64,000 nucleotides of DNA from Candidatus Woesearchaeota archaeon (GCA_041665465.1 JBAYIU010000001.1:985332-1049331), one strand, 5' to 3'. Shown: positions 1-9,701, counted from the first letter of the stretch. Translations and numbers: made by a program. Notes: a model not told the origin generated them from the letters alone.

Positions 1-138
1 CCAGGATTAAAGTTAGCTAAACCAGTAATGGAGTTTGATGGAGTAAAATATGATCCTAGAGTGAAGCATTGTTTAAGAATCTGGCCTCAGGATAATGATA
101 CGGAAGGTTTCTTTGTCGCCAAAATCAAGAAGAATTAA
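1..138 (+). CDS. 3' end (C-terminus) of NOL1/NOP2/Sun-family RNA cytosine-C5 methyltransferase; the start lies outside the window
   Basis: In-frame translation ends ...HCLRIWPQDNDTEGFFVAKIKKN-stop. The PHxxDGFF(I/V)AK tail is diagnostic of the Sun/NOP2 family C-terminus. Confidence 0.6.
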   Translation, partial: PGLKLAKPVMEFDGVKYDPRVKHCLRIWPQDNDTEGFFVAKIKKN

Positions 139-1103
139 AGCAGCTGCGTTAAATCTAGTTCTCCTTTTGGTTCTTCATAAATCATCAAGATTTCATAGCT
201 TCGAATTATTTCTGACATGTCCTCTTTCATCTTTTTGAGCAATTGGTTGATTTTCTCATAACTTTCCACATCCATCTCTAATTCTAACATCCAAGGTCCG
301 ATTTTTCTTTCGTAATGGAAAACATTACCTAATTGTCGACAATATTCTTTTAATCTGGCGTCTTTATCTTTGTTCATCTCTTTGACATAAAGAATAACTT
401 TATAGAAACTATAACCCATCTTGCTTACATCTAAATGTGGCCTGAATTTGGTGATTACTTGTTTCTTAATTAAGTCTTTGATCCGATAAGAAACTATTCT
501 TTGGGATAACTTTAATTTACGAGCCAATTCTACGGAACTAATCCTAGCATTAGTGGAGAGTTCCCTAAGAACATTCTTATCCGTCTCATCTAAATTGGAG
601 GGGATTACTTCTTTGGACCAAGTTACTCCTGTTGATGGCTTATTTAAGAAATAACCACGAGAGAAAATTTCTACTTCCACATGGGCTGCCAAGCTTTGAT
701 TTAAGATGTACTTTCCAAATTTAGAATTAAACTCCGTAACGGTATTATAAAACCCCTTTACATCTTTTACTCCAATACTGTAGATTAAGTTCCATTTTCC
801 GGTAGTTTTGGCTGTCCACCAAACTTTCTTATTCTTTTGCAAGTAATCGATAACTTCTTTCTCTTTTTCTGAAGTTAGGTCTTGAAATTCTAAATAAACA
901 TTCCAAATCATTAAACCCAGCTTACCGGCATCTAACAAAGTCACAAAATTTTTGATAATTCTGCGCTCTTGCATTCTCTTAATCCTAAATTCAATGACGT
1001 TACGGTTATGTCTCAGTTTCTTGGCTAAGAGGGTTAACGGTTGCCTAGCATCAATTTCTAGTTCGTAAAGAATCTTCCGATCCAATAAATCTAATTTATA
1101 CAT
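135..1103 (-). CDS. Tandem-domain Lrp/AsnC-family transcriptional regulator (two HTH plus RAM modules)
   Basis: 322 aa. Two repeats of the pattern LDxxDxKILxxLxxNARxSxxELAKKLxxSxxxVxxRIKxL, each followed by a RAM-like region. Archaeal-type regulator. Confidence 0.8.
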   Translation of the reverse strand: MYKLDLLDRKILYELEIDARQPLTLLAKKLRHNRNVIEFRIKRMQERRIIKNFVTLLDAGKLGLMIWNVYLEFQDLTSEKEKEVIDYLQKNKKVWWTAKTTGKWNLIYSIGVKDVKGFYNTVTEFNSKFGKYILNQSLAAHVEVEIFSRGYFLNKPSTGVTWSKEVIPSNLDETDKNVLRELSTNARISSVELARKLKLSQRIVSYRIKDLIKKQVITKFRPHLDVSKMGYSFYKVILYVKEMNKDKDARLKEYCRQLGNVFHYERKIGPWMLELEMDVESYEKINQLLKKMKEDMSEIIRSYEILMIYEEPKGELDLTQLL

Positions 1104-1203
1104 AAATATTGTAATAATCTGCTTATTTTATAAATATTTTGTTATTAATTACGATATATTAATCGATTATCTTATATATCTGTTTAATGTTAAGAAGGTT
1201 AAT
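1104..1203. promoter_or_regulatory. AT-rich divergent intergenic promoter region with TATA-like elements
   Basis: tttataaata and ttatatat motifs lie between the divergently oriented Lrp gene and the ORF starting at 1204. Confidence 0.3.
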
Positions 1204-2007
1204 TTGTGGTTTCTAGGATGTTTGGAGATGATTAAAATGAATCGATACAATCAATTAGTGCACGCCTTTGGTAAGGCTCTTGAACTAGGGACAGAAATAA
1301 TTACCTTATCTGAGATTCCAGCAACCTTTAAAGAAGTACATAAAGCAAGAGTTGACCATTTCTCTAATCCCGGTATAGCTGCAACATTTGAATTAAATGA
1401 TCTTAATGATCACAAAATTTATCCCGTATTTAATCTAAGTAAAATCGGTCACACCCCCTATTTTCCTCGCGGAGAAAGTATGGATTTATTTGAATCAACT
1501 AATGGAATGGTTATTAATGTTGGTGGAGTCTGGTCGTTAGATCTTTCTTTATGCAGTTCAAGTAATCAAATTTTAGAAGATTGTTATCCACACCACTCCA
1601 AAGACGATTATGGTCAGAAAGATTGGCCAGATTTACGAGCTAGAATTAGGCTACAACGACTGACTTGTTTTGAACCGGAAGAAGCTAGAGATTCTACTGC
1701 AGATTCTGGCTTAATTGAGAACATACTTAAGAGATCAGAGGAAGAAGGAATTTATGGAGATACTTTTAGATATAGATATAATCTCCAACGAAGAGGAATA
1801 CTTTTAGAAGCAGTCCTACCCGAAAAAACCAGTTCTGCTGAAATTCGAAGGTATGCTGATTTCTTTAAGTGGGCTGATGGAGAGATCTTAAATTATCTAA
1901 AAGATAAAGCTCCTCAGGATTTGTCTATTCTTAAAAAACATGTCCGATCGAGACATTCCCGAAATCTTAAAGAAATCGAAAGAATGAGAATAGAGGGTTT
2001 ATTGTAA
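1204..2007 (+). CDS. Hypothetical protein; start codon uncertain (possible internal Met at MIKMNRY)
   Basis: 267 aa ORF divergent from the Lrp regulator. No recognisable motifs. Confidence 0.45.
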   Translation: MWFLGCLEMIKMNRYNQLVHAFGKALELGTEIITLSEIPATFKEVHKARVDHFSNPGIAATFELNDLNDHKIYPVFNLSKIGHTPYFPRGESMDLFESTNGMVINVGGVWSLDLSLCSSSNQILEDCYPHHSKDDYGQKDWPDLRARIRLQRLTCFEPEEARDSTADSGLIENILKRSEEEGIYGDTFRYRYNLQRRGILLEAVLPEKTSSAEIRRYADFFKWADGEILNYLKDKAPQDLSILKKHVRSRHSRNLKEIERMRIEGLL

Positions 2008-2012
2008 TTGAT

Positions 2013-2606
2013 TTATATTTTTTCTATTATTTCCTTCAAATCTTCTTCTTTTTCAAAATCTAACTTCTCTCTATCTATAATAATCAATCGATCTCCAAAC
2101 TTCTTCTTAGTAAAGATTCTCTCATACTCTTTAGCTAGGAATAAATTTTTCTTAACTATTTCTTCGTTTTCAAAAGAACGATCTCTTTTCTTCATCTGTT
2201 TTACTATTTTATCTTCAGAAGCTTTTAACATAATAATCTTATCCGGCAATTGAAGATTCTTTTTGTTTTCTTCAAGGATTTTCATTGCTTCTTTTCTTTC
2301 TGTATCCTCTCGGACAAATTCTAAATAACATTCGTCAATCATCCAGAAAGTATCTAAAATAACAGTTTTACCTGTTTCTTTTAACTTCTGTGCTTCTTTC
2401 ATTTCTTTAATTAGTTTATTCGTAAACCAGATAAATAACTTTAAATCACAGTAATAATCCCCTAACTTATCTAACACTTCTTTAGGGAAATCTTCTACTT
2501 CTCCTTCTAAAAATAACTGGGCATTCAATCTCGGAGCTAGTTTTCTGGCTAAAAATGATTTACCGCTTCCTGGAGCTCCGATAATCGTTATAATCTTTCC
2601 TAGCAT
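2013..2606 (-). CDS. P-loop NTPase, small kinase-like (nucleoside/nucleotide kinase or AAA-like)
   Basis: N-terminal Walker A IIGAPGSGKSFLARKL. About 197 aa, charged C-terminal half. Confidence 0.55.
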   Translation of the reverse strand: MLGKIITIIGAPGSGKSFLARKLAPRLNAQLFLEGEVEDFPKEVLDKLGDYYCDLKLFIWFTNKLIKEMKEAQKLKETGKTVILDTFWMIDECYLEFVREDTERKEAMKILEENKKNLQLPDKIIMLKASEDKIVKQMKKRDRSFENEEIVKKNLFLAKEYERIFTKKKFGDRLIIIDREKLDFEKEEDLKEIIEKI

Positions 2607-2637
2607 AAGAACTTAAAATTAATCTTAATAAATAAAC

Positions 2638-3204
2638 TTATCTCTCTTTAATTGATCCAGAGACTAAATCTATGATCTTAGAAGGGTTACTGATCTTCTC
2701 TCCTTCATAAATCGCAAATTCGGTACTTAATTGTACCGATGAATCCAGATTTTCTAATTTTGTCATGGCTTTCTTACCACAAGGATTAGCAGAAGTAGTA
2801 ACTAAAGGAAAATTTAATACTTTTATGGCTTGAGAAAGCCAATGTTCAGGCATACGCACTCCGATAGTATCTTTACCCAGATTCACTCCTTTAGCTATCG
2901 CTTTTTTATTCTTTAATTTAAGAACTAATGTGTAAGGGCCGGGAAGTTTTTCTAACCATGCTTCTGCTTTCTTATCTACTATACAATTCTCTTTGATCCA
3001 TTCTACCGAAGGGGCCCATACTGAGAAAGGGATCTCTTCATTCTGTTTAATCTCTCTTATTTTCTTAACTGCTTTATCATCTAAAGCATTACATCCTAAT
3101 CCGTAAATGGTATCGGTGGGATGAATAAATAATGTTCCTCGTTCAATTTTCTGGGCAATTTCCTCAAAGCGTAATTGTAATTCTGATTTGGTTAATATCT
3201 CCAT
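2638..3204 (-). CDS. tsaC: L-threonylcarbamoyladenylate synthase, TsaC/YrdC/Sua5 family (YrdC domain only)
   Basis: HPTDTIYGLGCNA and TTSANPCG motifs. 188 aa, so single YrdC domain. Confidence 0.8.
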   Translation of the reverse strand: MEILTKSELQLRFEEIAQKIERGTLFIHPTDTIYGLGCNALDDKAVKKIREIKQNEEIPFSVWAPSVEWIKENCIVDKKAEAWLEKLPGPYTLVLKLKNKKAIAKGVNLGKDTIGVRMPEHWLSQAIKVLNFPLVTTSANPCGKKAMTKLENLDSSVQLSTEFAIYEGEKISNPSKIIDLVSGSIKER

Positions 3205-3780
3205 AAACCGAAAAGGGAAGGATGCGGTTTATATGCTTTACGCATATACAGTAAATTGAACCGCCTTTGCACCCCCTTCCTTCCCTTTAACCGGAGGGTA
3301 GAGATGGTTTAATAGGCTTGGCACTGTTCCAAATAGTGTTCAGTTAAACTCTGTCTGAGGTCAGCGATGGAAATATAATATCGGTCGTAAGATAACATCT
3401 CATACTTCTTCAACAAATGGTTTATTCTGTTTTTAAATCTCATCTTATCCAACCCCCGCTTAGTTGATAGTCAAAGGTGCTTTCTTTGCTTAAGGTACGC
3501 GTAGTCAGCGACTGTACTTGTTGCTGGAACAAGTTTCGTATCGTTTCGGTAGACAAATCAACCATGTGGGGATACCTCCTCTTTTTTATGAAATGTAAGG
3601 GGGAAAGGTCCTTTATATAGTCTAGCCGGGGTTGTCCAGTGCGGGAGTGGCTTATAAATGAGCCAGATTTTATCGTCGCTAAAGCCACTGGACAAACGGG
3701 GTGTTTTTCTTGTCCAATGGGTTTGTAATAATAAGCTTTAAATACCAAAAACTTATCCTTATCTCAAAAGAGGTTTAAAT
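3205..3780. other. GC-enriched, highly structured intergenic region; candidate ncRNA gene(s) of unassigned class
   Basis: Long hairpin GGGAAGGA-UGCGGUU...AACCGC...UCCUUCCC with a nested UAUAUGC/GCAUAUA stem (about 3217-3290). An 11 bp long-range pairing UUGUCCAGUG/CCACUGGACAA near 3640-3710. A CUUGUU-GCUGG-AACAAG hairpin. Composition differs from the flanking AT-rich DNA. The only ORF here (3440..3748, minus strand) has non-protein-like composition. Confidence 0.25.
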
Positions 3781-4155
3781 ATGATCAATTCATCTCCTAC
3801 TCAATCAGCTTCTGTTCAACCTGCTTCCACTTCTCAAGCTGGACCGAGTGTTTATGAAGAAAAGTTTCATTCTGAATTCTCGGTAGTTTCCTTTATATGT
3901 GGTATTTTGGGATTAATTTTACCTTTATTCAGTACCATGGCCATAATCTTTGGGATTGCTGGACTGATGCAGACTCATCGAGAAGGAATGAAAGGAAGAT
4001 GGATGGCAGCAGTAGGAATTGTTTTAGGGATCTTTGGGATGATTTTAATTATTGTAGCAATTTTGTTTGGGTTTAGCTTCTTAGAAACTTACTTGTTACG
4101 TTTTGGTGGAATCGATACCTTAATCGGCAAAGCACATGCTTATGTAAATAGGTAG
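3781..4155 (+). CDS. Small membrane protein, DUF4190-like
   Basis: Soluble Ser/Thr/Gln-rich N-terminus followed by two TM helices with a GILGLIL...IFGIAGL pattern. Confidence 0.55.
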   Translation: MINSSPTQSASVQPASTSQAGPSVYEEKFHSEFSVVSFICGILGLILPLFSTMAIIFGIAGLMQTHREGMKGRWMAAVGIVLGIFGMILIIVAILFGFSFLETYLLRFGGIDTLIGKAHAYVNR

Positions 4156-4159
4156 AAAT

Positions 4160-4915
4160 CTATTCTGGGATTGGAATAGAATATCTTGCACACATACCTT
4201 TAAGATATTCTGGGCCGTTAATATTTACTCCTGGTTCTGGAGAGAAACTCCAAGTTCCAAGGTGTAATCCACAACTTAAAGCATCTTTTAACATAAAATC
4301 AGGAACTTGTGGGGGTTTATTGTAATAAATATTTTTAACCACCTCTCCTTTCGCTGCTGGATCAACCAGTTCTATCTTACCTAGCAGATGAGCTGCTTGG
4401 AGATAACTTTTTAGTTGGGATCTTCCAACAAAAGGAAGAACTTCTACACCTATTCTTACCTCAAAAGATCTTCTCTCATCTTGATAACATTCAGTTAAAG
4501 TGCCGAATACGTCGTTTGTAACAAAAGGAATCTCTTCCCAAGGAAGAGGTAATTTTTCTTCATATCTGCTTATTTCCGTTTTGAACCACTTCCAACTAGC
4601 ATATCCTGAAGTGGGAAACAATAATGCTTCTTCAGGGGTTACTTCTAAATTCCCTTCAGTTAAGAAACCAAGACGATATATCTCTTCAACCGTAGTGGGA
4701 GAGTCAGCTATATCTCCTCTTCCTATCTGGCCAATTCTAGGAAGAAAATCTTTACAACGAATCAACATCGGTTCTCCTTGATGCGCAGTTAGAATTTCAT
4801 TAATCTTATTGGTAACTAAACGTTCTGGGCTTCCGATATCTTTAGTTTGGACATAAGCCATCCACAATAGGTTTTCTAAACTGAGCTTTCTTCCGCTACC
4901 TACTTCAACGATCAT
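4160..4915 (-). CDS. Hypothetical protein (251 aa), conserved-looking, function unknown
   Basis: Well-formed ORF with no recognisable catalytic motifs. Confidence 0.45.
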   Translation of the reverse strand: MIVEVGSGRKLSLENLLWMAYVQTKDIGSPERLVTNKINEILTAHQGEPMLIRCKDFLPRIGQIGRGDIADSPTTVEEIYRLGFLTEGNLEVTPEEALLFPTSGYASWKWFKTEISRYEEKLPLPWEEIPFVTNDVFGTLTECYQDERRSFEVRIGVEVLPFVGRSQLKSYLQAAHLLGKIELVDPAAKGEVVKNIYYNKPPQVPDFMLKDALSCGLHLGTWSFSPEPGVNINGPEYLKGMCARYSIPIPE

Positions 4916-5017
4916 ATCTTCGGATAAGAAGTTTATGCTTATAAGGATTTATATTTTGAAGGATAAGAGTAATAAAGAATACAAATATTTTTATTCTAAG
5001 ATTTTTAGGATTACTTC

Positions 5018-5686
5018 ATGTATAATTCGATTATCTTTGATTTTGATGACACTTTGGCTGAAGGACAAACTTGTTTTGCTGCTACGACCACTCTGGCTGC
5101 CCAGAGATTGGGATTGAGAGCACCTACTGAAGTGGAAATGAAATACTTCGGATCTTCTTGGGATGATTTTATTAATCGGAACTGGCCAAGATTAGAATGG
5201 CCAGAATTAGAACCAGAAAATTTTAAAAGAGAATATTTTAAAGTCGCGAAAGAAGTGGGTTGTTCCAGTTTACCAGGAGTGATTGAAGCTTTAGGTGAAA
5301 TAAGATTGGACAGAGAAATGTACATTCTTAGCAAAAAAGCTAAAGAAATGATGAGTCTAAGATTAGGACAAACCGGGATTAATCCGGAATGGTTTAAAGG
5401 GGTATATTGTAATGAAGATACTTTCTATAAAAAACCAGATCCGAGAACTTATCAAGAATTGTTTCAAGAAATGCAAAGAAGAGGTTATTTTAATCTAAAT
5501 CAGATCTTAGCAATAGGAGATCATCCTGACGATTATCTTGCTGCTCATGGTGCAGGGATTAAGTTTGTAGGAGTTCTTACCGGGATTTATGATAGGGATG
5601 ATTTCTCTCAGCACGGACTATCTCCTGAAGAAGTTATTGAATCAGTAGCTTCTTTACCAGAATATCTTAAAAGAATAGAAGAATAA
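5018..5686 (+). CDS. HAD-superfamily hydrolase (subfamily IA-like phosphatase)
   Basis: Motif I FDFDDTL and C-terminal motif AIGDHPDDYLAAHGAG. Confidence 0.8.
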   Translation: MYNSIIFDFDDTLAEGQTCFAATTTLAAQRLGLRAPTEVEMKYFGSSWDDFINRNWPRLEWPELEPENFKREYFKVAKEVGCSSLPGVIEALGEIRLDREMYILSKKAKEMMSLRLGQTGINPEWFKGVYCNEDTFYKKPDPRTYQELFQEMQRRGYFNLNQILAIGDHPDDYLAAHGAGIKFVGVLTGIYDRDDFSQHGLSPEEVIESVASLPEYLKRIEE

Positions 5687-5687
5687 A

Positions 5688-6065
5688 TTAAACTAAAACA
5701 CCACTTAAGGTGCCTTCTTGACCAGGACGAGAAGTTACTTTAACTTTTCCTAACTTGGTCTCAACAATAGCTCCTTTAGTGATAATGTTACGGATAACCA
5801 GTTGAACATTGGCAGGATTTCCTACTACATTCAAAATCTCGGTTTTAGTAGTCTTACCTTTCTTATCAGTAACATTAATTAAATTGGTAGAAAGAGTGAC
5901 TTGTTTTCTTTTTCCGCCCATTCCTCGAGCTGAAACAACTTTTCTAGTTTTGCTTAATTTAGTACTAGCTGGGAACCCGCCCAGTTCGCCTTTAATCTTA
6001 GATCGGGAATAATGATATCTTCCACCGCTAGCTTTTCTTACGGATCTTCGTTGTGAGTTTGCCAT
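5688..6065 (-). CDS. rps8e: 30S ribosomal protein S8e
   Basis: RKxSGGRYHxxRxK near the N-terminus and NPANxQxxxRNIITKGAIxET...KVTSRPGQ near the C-terminus match S8e. Confidence 0.85.
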   Translation of the reverse strand: MANSQRRSVRKASGGRYHYSRSKIKGELGGFPASTKLSKTRKVVSARGMGGKRKQVTLSTNLINVTDKKGKTTKTEILNVVGNPANVQLVIRNIITKGAIVETKLGKVKVTSRPGQEGTLSGVLV

Positions 6066-6112
6066 TTTAGAGCTTATTTTGAAGGGGTATTTAAAAACCT
6101 TTTGTTTGGGGT

Positions 6113-6850
6113 TTAATGCTTCTTAATCTTTCCCGTCTGCCAGTCTTTCAGAATCATACGAGAAACTGTGTCTTCATCAACGATTCCGCCCGGTAAAAGC
6201 TTATTGGTCTTAATCCCAATATCCTCCAAAACCTCTTCCGGATCTTCTTTTTCTTGCACTCCATAATACTGGCATATGTCAAAGGTATTCTCCTTAATTA
6301 ATCTTAAAACGGCCATTCCTGGCTCTTTTACTTTACTGTAATCAATCGCTCCGGTAAAAGCATGTTTTTCTTCATTTTTCTCCATGTCAGGGAAGACCCC
6401 TGGGGTGTCTAATAAGATAATTTTATCACTTACCTTGACTTTCTGAATCCCATGTGTAAATCCACTACTACAAGAAGTTCGGGCCGATTTACGTCCTGAA
6501 ATGCCGTTAATAACTGAAGATTTTCCCACGTTAGGATATCCAACTACTCCCACTACGGTTGGTTCTCCGCGAGAGATCTCTAAGATTTTCTTTTTTAACA
6601 GGGTTGTTCCCAACCTTTGGGTACTAGAGACGAACACGCTGGGTTGAAGTTCTTTATGCGCTTGGTCAATAGTTTTCTTATCCGCTAAATCACATTTATT
6701 GATCACATAAATTATCTTCTTTCCGTACTTCTCAATCTTACGCTCAATCTCAGGATTACGGGTTTTGGCGATCATTCTTGCATCTAATACTTCTAGAACA
6801 ATATCTGCATTCTTGATTACCTTATTAACGCTGTTCCAAAAATCGGTCAT
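6113..6850 (-). CDS. Circularly permuted GTPase of the YlqF/RbgA/Nug1 (MMR_HSR1) family; ribosome-biogenesis GTPase
   Basis: G4 motif NKCDL precedes G1 GYPNVGKSS and G3 DTPG (order G4-G1-G3). Confidence 0.75.
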   Translation of the reverse strand: MTDFWNSVNKVIKNADIVLEVLDARMIAKTRNPEIERKIEKYGKKIIYVINKCDLADKKTIDQAHKELQPSVFVSSTQRLGTTLLKKKILEISRGEPTVVGVVGYPNVGKSSVINGISGRKSARTSCSSGFTHGIQKVKVSDKIILLDTPGVFPDMEKNEEKHAFTGAIDYSKVKEPGMAVLRLIKENTFDICQYYGVQEKEDPEEVLEDIGIKTNKLLPGGIVDEDTVSRMILKDWQTGKIKKH

Positions 6851-6928
6851 AAGAAGAAAATATCTACTGCGCTATATATAACTTACTCCCCAGAAAATCT
6901 TTTAAACTAGAGGAGATTATAGATAAAT

Positions 6929-7222
6929 ATGACTTTCTCCAAATCATTCGCCAGAACCTTGTCTGGAACAACTTATCCTGTATGGGAAGAAGTAGTGCTT
7001 ACTACAGAAGAAGAGAAAGAAGTAGAAGAGAAGTGCAAGCAAGAGAATTTCTATCTAATGGATGAATGTTTAAAAGAAGCTAAAAATCTAGCTATTAAGA
7101 ATAGTGTCAATGATGATCGCAACTTAGTAAGCTTGGCTATAGCTTTGTTTGAGAAAAGAGCTTCTCATGTAATCTTCTGGAAAGAATCTAAAGCTAAAGA
7201 AAAATTTGATAATAAAAAATAA
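6929..7222 (+). CDS. Hypothetical small acidic protein
   Basis: 97 aa ORF in an intergenic slot. No motifs. Confidence 0.35.
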   Translation: MTFSKSFARTLSGTTYPVWEEVVLTTEEEKEVEEKCKQENFYLMDECLKEAKNLAIKNSVNDDRNLVSLAIALFEKRASHVIFWKESKAKEKFDNKK

Positions 7223-7223
7223 A

Positions 7224-7670
7224 TTATTTCTTCTTTCCGTGCCTTTTCATGAAAGATTCAAAACGTTGTACTTCTTTCTTAGTATTGAAGAATAAAGAAT
7301 GTTTTTTACCTTTATGGGTTAGGATGTACCCTCCCAAAAAAGTATGGTCCAACTTATGTTGTTTAATATCTTTAAAGTGGACTTTATGTTTTACACTTCC
7401 AAAACGATGTTGACGATGAATCTCTAAATGAGAAGGAGTAAGGGTGTATACCTCTTTAACCAATCTAATCTTCTGGACTATAGCTGAAATCAAGAAATAA
7501 AGACTGATGAAGATTACGGTGAAAAGAATGGCCAGATACCATCTTTGATCGAAATCGTAATATGAAAAGATGAAAACAATAGCTGCGATAATCGCTAAGA
7601 AAACTAATTCTAAGCGTAATAAAGTGAAATCCTTATCCGGGAATTTCCAAGACAGTTTTTGTTGAACCAT
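7224..7670 (-). CDS. Membrane protein with bacterial-type PH domain (YdbS/DUF304-like)
   Basis: Two N-terminal TM helices then a basic beta-rich domain (TLTPSHLEIHRQHRFG...GGYILTHKGKK). Confidence 0.5.
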   Translation of the reverse strand: MVQQKLSWKFPDKDFTLLRLELVFLAIIAAIVFIFSYYDFDQRWYLAILFTVIFISLYFLISAIVQKIRLVKEVYTLTPSHLEIHRQHRFGSVKHKVHFKDIKQHKLDHTFLGGYILTHKGKKHSLFFNTKKEVQRFESFMKRHGKKK

Positions 7671-7683
7671 TAAATTTACCTCT

Positions 7684-7905
7684 TTATTCGTTTATGACTG
7701 GCGCTTTAGTCATACTTATCACTGAAGCTATGAACATAGCAATGAACACTAAGATGAAAGCTGTTCCCCAATTGATACTCTTTGGATAGACCCAATAAAC
7801 AGAAATCAAGAAACCGATGATAGAAAGGGCCATGAAACTGCTTTTTAAAGGAACTACATGCCAAGGTCTAGGTTTATTCTTCTTAACAGATTTAACTTTA
7901 GACAT
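7684..7905 (-). CDS. Small two-TM membrane protein
   Basis: 73 aa, hydrophobic. Confidence 0.4.
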   Translation of the reverse strand: MSKVKSVKKNKPRPWHVVPLKSSFMALSIIGFLISVYWVYPKSINWGTAFILVFIAMFIASVISMTKAPVINE

Positions 7906-7988
7906 TTTCTTCTATCGCCTCTTTTTATGTTAGAAAGTTCTTCCGGTTTAAAAAGCTTGTGGAGAGCAAAATAGAGGTTGGAATGAAG

Positions 7989-9104
7989 CTATTCCAGTTG
8001 AGATAAGAATTTCTCTACTACTTTCTCTGCTTTCTTTCTTTTTTCCTGATGCTCTTTCAAGAAAGCAGTTACTTTTTCGATGGCAAGTTGTTTAAGTTCT
8101 CCGCTTAACAATTTTCCTGACTTGTAATCCTCATAAATCTTCTGCAATGTTTTGTCATCCGGTTCGAACCCATATTTAAGTATTTGGAAAGCTACGTCCA
8201 CCTCAGGGTTTCCACCCAGTTTACGATGTTCCTCAATTGTAGCTTGGCCTCCAGAGAAGGCATATTTCTTGATTTTCTTAGTGGCTTCTTCTGGAGTGTC
8301 CGTTAAAGCAATATAAGAAGTGGGATCAGAAGAAGACATTTTCCCTCCTCCTAATCCGGGTAGGAATTGATGGCAAGTAGAACTGATCTGAACAAATTTA
8401 TGTTCTTTAATTCTCTGGGAAATGTCTCGAGCTAAACGGATATGTGGATCTTGGTCTGCTCCTACTGGAATGATTACCGGTAAAGGTCCTTCAAATTCGG
8501 GCAACTGAGCATGAAGCATATCTGATGCTTGTAACAGGGCTGAACTCATCTTACCGGGGGAAATCTGGCCGTAGATTGCTGAAAATTCGTTAAACGTAGC
8601 GTGTCTGGAAAGCATTAACGCTAGGCTGTAATAAGCATTAGACTTCTTTCCGTCAGTTGATCGTTGTGATTGAAAATAAAAGTCACATTTCTTAAGGTCT
8701 AATCCCAACGCTACATAATTGGTAAGATATTCTTTAATTGCACATTCACGCAACTCTTTCATGTTTGGATTACGAGAATTATAAGCTTCCACATCTGCGA
8801 CAGTAAGATATACTTTAGCGCCAAGTTTTTGATAGAAGATAATCTGATCTGCGACCATTTTATGTCCAAAGTGCATCTTACCGCTGGGCATTAATCCGGT
8901 CATCATCACAAACGGTTTCTTGTTTTGGATAGCATCTACAATTCTAGCGAAATCTCGATGCGCAAAAATTATTCCTCTTCTGAATAAAGGAAAGGATTGA
9001 AACTCTTCCGGAAGATGATGTAAAGGTTGGAGTCCGAACTCTTTAATCAGTTTATCGTAATCAACTTCTCCTTTAACTTCCCAAGGATTAACTGTAGCTT
9101 GCAT
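7989..9104 (-). CDS. trpS: Tryptophanyl-tRNA synthetase, archaeal/eukaryotic type
   Basis: HIGH-like MHFGH, GADQDPHIRLARD, KMSSS, and the AFSGGxxTIEEHRKLGGNPEVDV block shared with eukaryotic TrpRS. Confidence 0.9.
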   Translation of the reverse strand: MQATVNPWEVKGEVDYDKLIKEFGLQPLHHLPEEFQSFPLFRRGIIFAHRDFARIVDAIQNKKPFVMMTGLMPSGKMHFGHKMVADQIIFYQKLGAKVYLTVADVEAYNSRNPNMKELRECAIKEYLTNYVALGLDLKKCDFYFQSQRSTDGKKSNAYYSLALMLSRHATFNEFSAIYGQISPGKMSSALLQASDMLHAQLPEFEGPLPVIIPVGADQDPHIRLARDISQRIKEHKFVQISSTCHQFLPGLGGGKMSSSDPTSYIALTDTPEEATKKIKKYAFSGGQATIEEHRKLGGNPEVDVAFQILKYGFEPDDKTLQKIYEDYKSGKLLSGELKQLAIEKVTAFLKEHQEKRKKAEKVVEKFLSQLE

Positions 9105-9128
9105 ATCTTAGATTCATCTTTATGAGAT

Positions 9129-9611
9129 TTATATACTTTTCTTGAAACTTTGGGTTCCCCACATCTTTCTGAGAGAGTCAGGAATTTCAATTTCTGCTTG
9201 GGTGAGATAGAGAATTAACTTGCCGAAGTGCAGTTGTTCATGTTGAAATAACCAAGACATCACGTTTAATTTACTACTTTTCTCTCCGAAATATTCAATC
9301 TCTTTGATTTTGGGTTCGCTAATCATTCTTAAAATCTCGGTTCCGGTTTCTTCTAGTGCTTTGAACATCTCTTCTTTACTTAACTTTGAAACCTCTTCAT
9401 CATCTAGGCATTCTGTCTGACCGTTAAGTTTTCCTTGCTTTATCCCCAGAAGATACATTTTCCTGGTAGTTAAAAGACAGGCGAATTCCCAAGAGAAAGA
9501 TCTGAACCTTGGCGAGAAGGGTTTAGTGTGATATGTTTCTTCCGGGATACAGTTCAGTAAGTCTAAGGTGGTTGCGTTGACTTGCTTCCAGGTTTTCAAG
9601 AAATCTATCAT
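9129..9611 (-). CDS. DinB/YfiT-like (DinB_2 superfamily) protein
   Basis: HEQLHxG motif near the C-terminus. About 160 aa helical bundle. Confidence 0.45.
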   Translation of the reverse strand: MIDFLKTWKQVNATTLDLLNCIPEETYHTKPFSPRFRSFSWEFACLLTTRKMYLLGIKQGKLNGQTECLDDEEVSKLSKEEMFKALEETGTEILRMISEPKIKEIEYFGEKSSKLNVMSWLFQHEQLHFGKLILYLTQAEIEIPDSLRKMWGTQSFKKSI

Positions 9612-9701
9612 TCTCTTAATCCTGGTTTATTTCTTAATAAAGATATCGAAACGGAAATCTCCCAAAAGCTTTTTAAATCAACATCTTATTTTCTTTTCTA
9701 T

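Noticed and set aside
2008-2253. 81 aa plus-strand ORF
   Set aside because: Entirely antisense to the P-loop kinase gene 2013..2606. Low-complexity Ser/Phe/Ile translation of AT-rich DNA.
3440-3748. 102 aa ORF on the minus strand inside the GC-rich intergenic region
   Set aside because: Its amino-acid composition (Pro/Ser/Thr/Gln/His-rich, few Lys/Ile/Glu) is unlike every other protein in this AT-rich genome. It overlaps the strongest predicted RNA helices. More likely a translation artefact of an RNA gene.
3205-3780. Assignment of the structured region as SRP RNA or RNase P RNA
   Set aside because: I could not find the helix-8 GGAAGGAAGCAGC-like motif or the RNase P P4 strands (GGAAAGUCCGGGC / CCGGCUUA) in acceptable spacing on either strand. 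It is kept as an unclassified ncRNA candidate instead.
4500-6012. ORFs 4500..4781 (+), 4935..5117 (+), 5011..5334 (-), 5809..6012 (+)
   Set aside because: Antisense to, or overlapping, better-supported genes (the 251 aa hypothetical, HAD hydrolase, S8e). No motifs.
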